A DNA stretch of 61,559 bases, the filler included, from Sphacelaria rigidula (taxonomy: Eukaryota), in the NCBI GenBank assembly GCA_964200075.2. It is 11 parts of 11 records of this genome, joined end to end, with 100 filler letters (N's around TTAATTAATTAA, not from the genome) between each part and the next. Parts side by side here need not be neighbours in the genome. Positions count along the whole stretch, not along the records: positions 1 to 5,506 come from CAXNAA020026768.1; positions 5,607 to 11,112 come from CAXNAA020026769.1; 9 more parts are not named here. One strand, written 5' to 3'. Made by a program: the position numbers and the translations under genes. Within the stretch, counting starts at the first letter, position 1; every line of letters begins with the position of its first letter. Below are positions 1-9,845 of the stretch, one piece after another. The notes below the pieces were generated by a model. That model was given only the letters and a program-made list of their open reading frames with translations, had not been told where the DNA came from and searched no databases.

Positions 1-129
1 ACCTGGGTTGCAACGCTGAAAACAAAGCGTAGGGTTTGATTCATACGATTCGAATCAATTACACTAAAACCAAGTAATTTTCAGACGAATCATTTTTTGT
101 CCGACCCTTGGAAACTACGAAGCAAGTAG

Positions 130-645
130 TCAAGGTGGGGGAAGGGTATGGCGTCAACATTTATGTTCGCGGGTGATTTCGTGGGGATATCAGAAACACC
201 AGGAGCATAGCAGAAGCAAATAGAGAAAGCGCTAGAATACGCTAGTAAATGGAGAATGACATCGAACGGGAAACAAATGCGTGCTAGTTGTGCATGTAAC
301 GAACGTAAGGAGAACCCGGTTTAGTTCAAATGGAAGTGGGCAAGAGCGGAGTTACTGATCCTAGACCAGTGTATATAGCTTGGCGTGGAGATCTCGAAAA
401 CCGTTCTTGGGGTGTACACATAGATGGAGTAGGAGGAAACGGCAAGGCAAAAATAGGCAAGATGGATGCAATCGTGAGACACTCTCACCCCGGTACTAGG
501 ATCAAAAGATGCGTTCTGATAATGGTGATCGTACCGGAGCCACAGCATGCAGAAGTTTGGGAAGGGAGCGCAGTATTCGTGACATGGCTGGAAGCTGCAC
601 GGATGACAGCAGCAAAGAAAAACTTTGATGTAGGAGCGGTGCTGT
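130..645 (+). pseudogene. Degenerate non-LTR (LINE) retrotransposon reverse transcriptase fragment, C-terminal half of RT
   Basis: From 163 reads MFAGDFVGISETP (mutated FADD motif), then QIEKALEY..KWR, and downstream SWGVHI..GKAKIGKMDAI..TRIKRCVL..VIVP..EVWEG..LEAARMTAAKK; in-frame stops and frameshifts. Confidence 0.8.
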
Positions 646-720
646 CTTGAAAGGGATGCGTGGTCTTACCAAATGACTACGGCAAGCGACGAATGAGTAC
701 CCCCCCGCGCCCCCCCTGCT
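643..720 (+). repeat. Short dispersed repeat (GTCTCGAAAGGGATGCGTGGTC...ATGAGTAC-polyC); other copies ~5330-5412 (+), ~16045-16130 (-), ~61497-61559 (+)
   Basis: Four recognisably similar copies on different contigs. Confidence 0.8.
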
Positions 721-1003
721 GTCTTCCCCTTTCTTTGGGATGAGTCCGTGGTCTCCAATGACCATAATCCCATCCCCCCCTGCCCTCGGTACACGCCTTG
801 TGACTTTCTATCGCGAGTTATATCAGCACGCACGCACCGCTTAAATTAGTGTAAGTTACAAATATTTAGCTGCCCCCGTTCTCACGTTTTCATCGGTGGA
901 AATCAGATACTTTGCGAGAAAGATCGAAATTCATCCGGCTAGAATTGAGTGCGCATTTTTTGTCAACCTAATGGTTTCAGTTGTACTATTTGAACGCCGG
1001 GGC
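720..1003 (-). mobile_element. tRNA-derived SINE family B, diverged copy
   Basis: Shares GGGATGAGTCCGTGGTCTC...CCCGGTACACG...GGTGGAAATCA body and terminal CCGGGGC with copies at 9478-9845 and 57565-57848. Confidence 0.6.
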
Positions 1004-1374
1004 ACGGCGTATATAGGTAAATTTCACTCGTGAATATCAGGGGATGCGATAACTCCCAGGTTCGACGTTTCTGTCTTTCTATCGCACGGTTGTGTGGTGT
1101 GTAAAAGTAGCGATGAACGTTTTCCCCCTCTTTTAATGGCTCTAGTACCTGGCAAGGTAGTCGGAGAGATCGCACGCGGGGACTTTTTTTATTCCAGTAG
1201 GTCACCTGTAGTTCAATCAGTCTTATACGGATATTTCGTGGTTTAGGTGCCCTTTGTCGTGTAAATGTTTTGTTTCTTGCCTCCCTCTGCGGGCTGTTCG
1301 ATTTATGGGTATGGGTGGTATGCTCCTTGCACCCTGTGATCACGGATTAAAAAGATCGGGCTAACGTGACAAAC

Positions 1375-1540
1375 ATCATAATGATAGTGATGATGATGAT
1401 GATGATGATAATAATAATAGAAAAATATAATAATGGTGATAATAATATAATGATTATAAATAATAAAAATTACGATAATAGTAACAACAACAATGACATA
1501 ATAATAGTAATAGTATTGAATGATAATATAATAATAATAC
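1375..1540. repeat. Degenerate (ATG/ATA/AAC)n trinucleotide microsatellite, intronic
   Basis: ATGATGATG/ATAATAATA runs; source of the spurious poly-I/Y/H ORFs. Confidence 0.9.
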
Positions 1541-1665
1541 TGCATAGCGGATTATTGCGCTTTCGTGATTTCACGACACACAGCTCTCGTTCAGTGCCGT
1601 GTGCGGCAGAGAAATGCCCAACATGCCGTATGACCCCTCTCACCCTCCCTGTGTCTCTCCGTCAG

Positions 1666-1743
1666 GTGTTCGCCGTGGAAGAATCGGGGCTGAACGTTAC
1701 GGCGGAAGACCAGATCACGTACAATACCTGGCTTGCGGACGAG
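1666..1743 (+). CDS. GH114-family (endo-alpha-1,4-polygalactosaminidase-like) glycoside hydrolase, internal exon A
   Basis: CAG acceptor and GTAC donor, phase 0; VFAVEESGLNVTAEDQITYNTWLADE matches the GH114 'G..LT..DQ..YN.WLA.E' segment. Confidence 0.85.
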
Positions 1744-2578
1744 GTACGCATCGGAGATTAGAGAACATGAACAGTGTGCGGACCAGTGCAGTAAACTTGC
1801 CAGCACGCACAACTATCCGTTGGATAGGGTCCCGTTGACTATCCCTCGCGCACCCGCACATGGCCATGGCGCCTCTGCTGCGTTGTGTGACTTGCTTTGC
1901 TGCCCTGTGTGACTTGCTTTGCTGCATGAGAAGGGGCTGGCTCAGCGTCCGTCGTTGTTGTTTCGGTGGTGGTTGAGTCACAGTCGTCGTCGTCGTCGTT
2001 GTTCTCTGTATTCGAAGATGAAGAAAAATCTGCAAGTTACCTGAGGGGCGTTGCGTGCAGTATTGTGACGCTCTCGAGCATTTGTTTCGTGTGCGTTATC
2101 GTTTTCTGTAAATATCGTGAGATTCAGAGTGGCACAGCAGTTTTGTAGGATGACCATTCGACGCCTCGGCGAACCTGTACCCGAAAATGTCTCAACACTG
2201 GTTTTGCTATGTAAGCGTCAAAGATGGTGCAGATTTGTGTATTCGTCGTGACGCACATGTATATGTGTGTGATTACACCTGCACCAGCTTCATTTTGCTC
2301 ACTTTGATGTTCGCGACATGCGGAAGTCCTAACGTTTCGACCCACGCCGAAAGGACCGCTTCGAGGATGCGTAAGTGCTCCGCTGGGTGTTTGTTCGATG
2401 TGGTTTTGCTCCGACGAACCTGCTTCTGATGGTTTTGATTCAGCGCGATGTCCATCTTGCCGCGACAGGTACAAGATCAAAGCCTCGCGCCCGAGGCGGT
2501 GAACTGTGCTGCGATCCCACTGCAGCCCTGTCTTTGTTGTTCACTTCGTGGCTCATCTTTTCTTCATGTCGGCGACAG

Positions 2579-2695
2579 GCGCACATCCGAAATATTTCCA
2601 TCGGCCTGAGGAATGACTGGACCCAGCTGGAGGAGTTGGAGCCGTCATTCGACTGGGCGTTGAGCGAGAACTGCCTCTCAGAAGGCGAATGTGAC
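2579..2695 (+). CDS. GH114-family glycoside hydrolase, internal exon B
   Basis: CAG...GTGAG, phase 0; AHIRNISIGLRNDWTQLEELEPSFDWALSENCLSEGECD matches 'AH..GL.IGLKND..Q..EL...FDFA.NE.C....EC'. Confidence 0.9.
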
Positions 2696-4880
2696 GTGAG
2701 ATAAAAGAGGAACGCCGCCCTTTTTGTGCTGTGTTTATTTTCGTCATGATCCGTAGTGTTGGTACCGCAGCCGTTTCCCGACATGATCAATTGGATCCAA
2801 TCTCAGGGGCTGGTGCTGAGCGTGCACATGAACAGAAAATATTGTACGGATGACTTCAATTTTGTTTTAACGGTGGATAGGGTGAAGTATGTATGGGCCA
2901 GTGTTTCAGGTATGCTGTAGTTCGCAGTACTGTCGGCAGCCGATATCCCGGGTACAGTACTCAGTACTGCAAAATACTATAGAAAGCCATGATTCCCTGG
3001 GGAATGACAATCCTAGTCAACTATCATGGATGTTTCGCTGTTATGACTGTTGTGTTGAATGTTTTATGCTTGTCGGGTCCCGAGGACTTCAATCATACAA
3101 GTGATATTTCCGCACCCACGTTGTGAGGCCTGTAGATGTACCAACATACGTATCTATGTACTTCCGGAAGAGTTATATCAAAACTCATTCTCTTTATATT
3201 TCGTCCTTCTCCGTTCGTGCAAACTGTGGTTGCCCCGTTTTTTTATTATGTTCTCTATGTCTTGCCCGCTGCGTGCGATTTTTTTTCGTGCGTTCAAAAA
3301 CCTGTGCACTGATGCAGCTGATACCTCTTTACTCCTCAATGCCCTTCCATTCCTGCGCAAAGCCGGGGTACGCAGCGGCGTCAGCAGAGTATAAGTATGA
3401 TTTCTGCCCTAGGAACGCTAGCGATCAGGATGATGCAGTCCTCGTGAGCCGACCCTGCCATCCGAGCCATCCAACAGCAGAGGGTGGGGGCTGAATACTC
3501 GCCTCACACTAGGGGATAGTTTTATTCCAAAAGATGACGCTTCGCCCCCCCTCATCCCCCGTAGTGGCATGGCTCATGCACGCATGTGCTCGGATTCGTC
3601 TGAGAGACGAGGGTCCTTCGAGGGCACGCGTGTGCGACGTATGCACGTTTTTTTACTAGTACAACACTTCCTCTCTCCCATAAGTAACGGTCTTTATGAT
3701 TGCACGGACCCTTAACGGCGTGATATTCGATCTTCGATCTTTGTATTGCATTCGTCGACGTTTTTGTAGCTGACACCAATATTCTTTCTACAAGGTGGGT
3801 GCTTGACCCATGCAGCTGCGCGGCCGAGAAAAACTAGGCCGGTCCAAAAACGGCCATTTTTCGCTACTTTTTCCGGGAACACGAAAAGTCGCGAAAAATG
3901 GGCTAGAGTATGTGAAAATTGCGAAATCACGATTGATTTTTGACATGTCCGTGACGTTAACCTACGCACGCCCCATCCGACATTTGGTTGACATTTAATT
4001 GCTTGTGCTCGACGTGAAAGCGTCCAAACTTGGTCAATGATAAATATAAATGGATCAAAAAGGGTCAAAATGGGGGTATATTTCGACATTATTTTAGTGA
4101 TGAAAAACATTTTTTTTTCTTTCCTCTTTTTTTTCTTCATCAGCTTCGTCTGCGCTTTACCTCTCCAACGAACCCAACCATGGGATGATCGTCACCGTTG
4201 GAATACCCAAACGATTGGACGCCCGTAAGGACGTTTACTTGTGGCACAGAGGAAGTATCATGATATTGACCGTACAACAGATTCACATATGCAAGCAAGT
4301 CCAACGCCTTGAAAAGGGCCACATATTGAATCGTGTTGCGTCTCCTTCTGCGCCGCAATGCCGGGGTCGTTGGGCATCCTTTCAGAATGATATTCCCGAC
4401 TGACCTTGAGCGCCGGTACACCCGACGCTACAGCCGGTAAATTCTCTGTGTGCTCCACGCTCACTCCTCAAGTGCCAGAAAGAAGAGAATGATTTTCCAG
4501 TAGACGAGACGAGGAAGAAGTAAATTCGCGGAAGTGTCCCTGTGGCAAAGCAGTGGAGAGCAAAACTCATACAGTTGCAGAATGTGAAGTATTTGAGGAG
4601 GAGCGGGACGTGCTAGAGGGGAAAATGCGGGACGTGAACGAAGGTGGCATGCAATCGTTTTTGCTGTATGTGACGTGCGTGATCGCGCGAATCAAGACGT
4701 ACATTTCTCCTCGCCCATGATTCGTACGCCACGAATCGAACGTATGATTTTCTCTCTTCATCTGTGATTCGTAACAGCACGAATCAAACGAATCGCGTAT
4801 GCCCACAACTGAGTCGTCCGATATGTTCATTGCATGCATATCTGCACTAGTCCCGATTTCGTTTTTTTTTTTTTTTGCAG

Positions 4881-4997
4881 ACTTACAAGGAGAACTTTGT
4901 GCTGGCGGGAAAAGCGGTACTGGACGTGGAATATTTCCAGTTCGACGACTCCTTTTGCGATAACATTACGGCGAGGGGACTGGACGTCATAATAAAG
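4881..4997 (+). CDS. GH114-family glycoside hydrolase, internal exon C
   Basis: Poly-T tract + GCAG acceptor, GTAC donor, phase 0; TYKENFVLAGKAVLDVEYFQFDDSFCDNITARGLDVIIK matches 'F..AGKPVF.VEY......FC......G.....K'. Confidence 0.88.
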
Positions 4998-5506
4998 GTA
5001 CAAAATAGATCATGTCAAGATATCCGCGTTCTTCCGGGGGGTCACCGCACGTGTTTCGCGGAGTATGTCACCGGAGCGACAGTAACCAGCACGATTTTCC
5101 GCGTACATGTGGCCTTCCGACCAGCCGTTAGATCCCGTTTGTACGAGACATAACGCCTCGCACTTGCTTGGTGAAATGTAACAGTTCACGAGCAGATCCA
5201 GGATCAGATTTTCCATCTCACAACACAGTGACGCGCTGTTGTGTCCGCCTAACGGGTAGTATGCATTGACCGTTACACATGCCGAAATTTCTTCTTTCTT
5301 TATTTCCCCTTTCCTCCCCTGCACGTTGCTCCGTCTCGAAATGGATGCGTGGTCAATGGTCACACGACTAAGGCAAGCAAAAAATGAGTACGCCCCCCCG
5401 CCCCCGCCCCTCCTCTGGTTAGACACCCATGAGATGAGGCAGTGTAAAAGCTGTGGCTGTCGCTGGAAAAGGCGATACCACAGGATAAAGCAACTCATTG
5501 TTGGCT

Positions 5507-5606
5507 NNNNNNNNNNNNNNNNNNNNNNNNNNNNNNNNNNNNNNNNNNNNTTAATTAATTAANNNNNNNNNNNNNNNNNNNNNNNNNNNNNNNNNNNNNN
5601 NNNNNN
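5507..5606. other. Artificial contig-joining spacer (N44-TTAATTAATTAA-N44); same spacer at 11113-11212, 16719-16818, 22325-22424, 27930-28029, 33535-33634, 39140-39239, 44745-44844, 50350-50449, 55955-56054
   Basis: Identical 100-nt spacer with a six-frame stop palindrome recurring every ~5.6 kb; intervening contigs are 5506 or 5505 nt, i.e. size-sorted. Confidence 0.98.
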
Positions 5607-5660
5607 TTTGGTATCGCCACTTCCAGAGACAGCCACGGCTTTTACACTGCCTCATGGGTG
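5607..5660. repeat. Dispersed repeat (GGTATCGCCACTTCCAGAGACAGCCACGGCTTTTACACTG); copies ~5422-5482 (opposite strand) and ~44853-44910
   Basis: Three copies, all at contig ends. Confidence 0.75.
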
Positions 5661-6391
5661 CATACGAGCGGGTGGGGGGGTGGGTATACAGATTGTTAAA
5701 AATAGAAAAATGCCGACAAAATAAGACAGGGGGCTGGTGAAATATAAATTTACGGGAACTGGTCAAAATATTTCAAATACTTGTTTTTAGTGCGTAGACT
5801 TAGTAGGAGTAGCACATTCGGATCTGTGAAGGGGGGCGGCAGTCCCAGTTGCCCTCCAGCGCGTGCACAAGAGGCGTTTTTGCTCAAACGCCGACATGAG
5901 CTTTGCCAACACATTCTCTGCCTAGGTCACCACACACACACACACACCACCCTCGACCGGGGGTTCTCGGTATGCCTTGCGTTGGGGCCGGAAAAATTGT
6001 TTTGGCCGCAGGGTTTAGCAAAAACAACGTATGCTCAACCATGAAAGTCGTCGACCATTACATGCAATACGTGCCTCTTTTGTAGCGGACACAGCACAGT
6101 GGGAAACAGGTACACACACCCAACGAGTGAAGAATACAACAAACGAAGCAAGATTGGAAATTGATGTGTGTGTTGTCATCCCATTTATTCTGAACGCCAT
6201 TCTACACCTTTCGGTATATATATATACCTTTTTTTCAGTCACGTCTTGGTCTACCATGTCGTTCTGTTCGTCTTTTTATGTTCCTTCTTTTTCTTCAGCG
6301 AGCGTTTCAGTTCGGTCTTTTCTTGGGTACGTCTATCATGTGGCTATGGCTGGATCATGACTGGGGGCTCACCCAAAGTGCCAAAATTCAA

Positions 6392-6709
6392 CCAATCAAT
6401 CAATCAACTCAGCCGGGGTCACACCGGAAGAAGACCAACACAGGAGTTTTTTCATTTCCTCATTTTAATTGTTTCAAGTTCTCCACCTTCCTTTTGCGGT
6501 GCTCGCCTTATTTTCTATCGCGGAAGGGACTCAGCGCTTCCTTTCCCTCGCCGATCGCAGAGTCGAATTTTGTGTACACACGACTTCGTCGCTCTCCACT
6601 GTTGGGCATGGTGTAAGAAAAGCATCCCAGATAATACGAATGCACCGAACCCAAGACTCAAACCGTCAAAAGGCTTCAAGGTTATCAACTGAGTAACCGG
6701 GGCGACCGG
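6392..6709 (-). mobile_element. tRNA-derived SINE family A, near full-length copy with (ATCA)n tail
   Basis: Reverse complement begins CCGGTCGCCCCGGTTACTCAGTTGATAACC, matching the + strand head at 22255; body shared with 24505-24699 and 26560-26686. Confidence 0.8.
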
Positions 6710-7055
6710 TTCTTTGATTGAAAGTGATGGAAAATATTTCCCCGCAGCGAATAATGGTTAGCTTCCTACTACACAGAAGGGAAACCAAAAAAAAGGGGGA
6801 AGAAGGTTCTTCCGCCAGTCTGTTTTCATCCATCTCTCATCTCCCATGGTTGTAGGACCAGGGGACTACCCAAAAGCTAGAAGTACCCTTGATGCCTTGG
6901 CTCTTCTCCTTCCTTTACCATGGGAATATGTTATCGTTAGTCTTTTGGAAAATGACAGATGTGATGAAGGTAAAACTGGTGAAAAACAGGGCATCCTCAA
7001 TTTCAATGCATCAGCCGCACCAACCAATATCAAGACCAAAGGACCCCCCTGTTGA

Positions 7056-7518
7056 CCCGTTTGGGACCGAACTCCCGCTAACTCTGTGAATTGGCATCAT
7101 TCAAGTCATTTTCACGTGAAAATAATGGAGGTTTATTTACCACTTGGTCGATGAAGAAATTCCTCGGAAACCTCTTTTGAAAAAAAACGCCAACCCCACC
7201 CCTAACCCTAACCCCAACCCAGGGCATACCAAGAACCCTCGGGCGAGGGGGGTGTAAAGAGTTTCCCAGGTAAAGTGTGGCGTTGGCAGACCTCAAAACA
7301 GCGCCGCAGGCGCCGATTTTGACGAAAACGCCTTCTGCGCACGCGAGGGGCAGTTGGGGCTGCCAGCTCCGCTAAGATCCGAATATCGGTGCTCAGGCTC
7401 AAATCAAGTAATAAGAATCTGGGAAGGTTCTAATTGACCAAGTGGTGAACACTACTGAAATGATGCCGGTTCACAATGGGCCGTCACCCCCGGTTAGTCC
7501 ACACCGGTCCCAAAAGGG
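7056..7518. mobile_element. Non-autonomous piggyBac-type element
   Basis: TIRs CCCGTTTGGGACCG / CGGTCCCAAAAGGG flanked on both sides by TTGA; related termini at 17408-18549. Confidence 0.65.
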
Positions 7519-7826
7519 TTGACCCTTAAACAGCGAGCGTCGCCTCGGAACAATTTCACAGGTTGACAGTCCAGGGACATCCGACGGTTTCCACGGGACG
7601 GCGGCCAGCTATACCGTACGAAGATTCTGATCTTCACAAGGCTCACCCGACTACATCATATGAAGATCCGGATTTTCACAGCGAAACACTCGTGGACGAC
7701 GGGTGCGGCCTATCGTACCCAGGAAAGGGGTGCGTACGAACCGGAAAATGCATAATCGAGATACACGGATGTTTCGGTCGCCGGAGTAAATAATGAGATA
7801 GCTGTCCTGATGACTCAGGTGAAACC

Positions 7827-7863
7827 TACAGTACAGTACAGTACAGTACAGTACAGTACAGTA
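7827..7863. repeat. (CAGTA)n pentanucleotide microsatellite
   Basis: About 7 perfect units. Confidence 0.95.
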
Positions 7864-7967
7864 TCGTTCAGTATTCTCAGCCAAGTAGCGCAAGCACCGT
7901 TTTTGTTCATGCTCGTTAGAATCAACGCTTATTAATGCTTACATCACGCAGCCGAATCTACGCTTAT

Positions 7968-8155
7968 TAATGACCCCAAGATCCATCCCCGGGTAACAAT
8001 TTATTGAGGCCCGAAAAATTACCCCCCGGGGGTGATCTTCACTGTAGAATTAAGGGTGATATACTGCGTGCCCGTATATGCTATTAATACTCGTAGTATA
8101 CAGTAGAGTTTTATCCTTGTCCGGGTGAAAGTAAGCGATGGCTGAATATAAACTC
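7968..8155 (+). repeat. ~185-bp direct repeat, copy 1 (copy 2 at ~8940-9120)
   Basis: Both read GAC..CAAGATCCATCCCCG...GGGGTGATCTTCAC.GTAG...GGGTGATATACT.CGTGCCC...CTCGTAGT.TACAGTAGAGT. Confidence 0.85.
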
Positions 8156-8195
8156 ATCAGGGTGATTTGTCATATTCACATATTTTTGCCCCTCT

Positions 8196-8875
8196 CGTGA
8201 AACTGGAATTATCATGTTGAATGTACTCAGCAAGCAGACATGCAAAGGAAAGCGTATTCATTTCTGTAGGTTCTTTTTTTCTATTTTCTCCTCCCTTCCT
8301 TCAAATTATTTTATGCTTACCCCAGGTAGCCATTTTCTCTTCCCTTCTCTACACCGTTTTGCACTTGCCCCAGGTGGCCGGTTCTATGATGAACACTCCG
8401 TCGGGGTCCGAGACGGTCGGAATCTCCAAGGCCACGGAAAACCTGAACGCTGCGCCCACGGAGGCTAAGGCGGGACTACACGTGGTGAATATCGGGGCAG
8501 CAGATGCCATCCACGGTAGAAGGTCCAGCATCCCAAAATAATCTTGATGACTTACTCGTGTTTGCTCACGAAGGAGTCGTCAAGATTACGTTAGGATGCT
8601 GGCCGGTCTATCGTCCATGACATCTGCTGCTATGACGCAAACCACGTGCAGTCCCGCCGCCTTAGCCGCCGTGCGTGCAGCGTTAAGGTTTTCAGTGGCC
8701 TCAAAGAGTCCGACCGCTTCGAACTCCGACGGAGTGTTTATCGTAGAACCGGCTGCGTGGAGCCAACAAGAAAAAGGAAGAGAAGAGATAGATCTGAAAA
8801 GCTAAGTCAATGCGTACGTTTTGCTTTGCATGTCTGCCTGCTGAGTACACTTGATATTAGTATTCCAGATTCATG
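8196..8875. repeat. Long imperfect inverted repeat (~680-nt fold-back)
   Basis: GTACTCAGCAAGCAGACATGCAAAG pairs with CTTTGCATGTCTGCCTGCTGAGTAC; 8378-8552 pairs with 8575-8752; small terminal loop near 8565. Confidence 0.9.
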
Positions 8876-9477
8876 TGAAGAGCGACGTCTAATGTACTGG
8901 TGAACTACTACCGGGGCGCGACCGTTATATGGTGCCCACAGTGACCCAAGATCCATCCCCGCGTGAAAAATTATAGGGGCTCTGAAACTTACCATCCAGG
9001 GGGGTGATCTTCACCGTAGGAGCAGGGGTGATATACTACGTGCCCCTGTATACTCCTCGTAGTGTACAGTAGAGTCCTACCCTAGTTCGGGCGATAATAC
9101 ACGATGGTTGAACATATACTTGGTTCTGGCGGTAATCATCTTCAGACCTTTGCAGGGCCCATAGTCACAGGGCGCTCATCCGGCATGCGGGTACGAGTAG
9201 CGTGCGAATCAACGCCTCCTTAGACAGGGGAGGCGTCGACCGGAGTCGAAACGGATCGGGACTCACTCGATATGGCCGTTTCATCAACGAGAAAGCAGTC
9301 CGAGCGGGCTGTTCAGTGTATGGCGTCCGTTGATTGGACGATGAACAATATGTGTGAATCACGGCCCAATCCGTCTGGCCGTAGTTCGTAGGAGAGTCCA
9401 TGCACTTTCTTTCCTTGTGCGCGGATTCTCAGTTTACCTTGGGCTTGTTTTCTTAAAAATTGTTTTTGTCACACTTT

Positions 9478-9845
9478 GAACCCCTCCCCTTCCACGGGAC
9501 GAGTCCGTGGTCTCAAGGGATCAAGCAACCAATCTCTCCCCGGTACACGTCTTCCCCCCTTGGTCTCTCGGATTGGATTATGACCATCAGCACTCCCGAG
9601 CCGCGTCAACTCTCGTCAAACAAACTCAGTAAATTACTTTTTGTTTACGCACATACTCACGCTTTTCGACGGGGGGAAATCAAATACTTTGAAGAGAAAA
9701 ATTCCACACTCTGAATAATGACAATTTATTACATAATCATCACCCAGAGTGTTGACAGTTCAACGCATGTGGTGGGGATCAAACCCGCGTTCTTTCCACC
9801 CTCAAGGTGACAGTCGAACCATTTTAATTTACACCACCGGGGCGT
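9478..9845 (-). mobile_element. tRNA-derived SINE family B
   Basis: Reverse complement head CGCCCCGGTGGTGTAA...GCGGGTTTGATCCCC (A-box and B-box like); partial inverted copy ~10660-10735. Confidence 0.7.

Noticed and set aside
1303..1545. Poly-Tyr/Ile/His ORF and its antisense poly-Met/Asn ORF
   Set aside because: Translation of a trinucleotide microsatellite in an intron
5551..5562. Regularly spaced TTAATTAATTAA palindrome
   Set aside because: Embedded in N runs; artificial six-frame-stop linker
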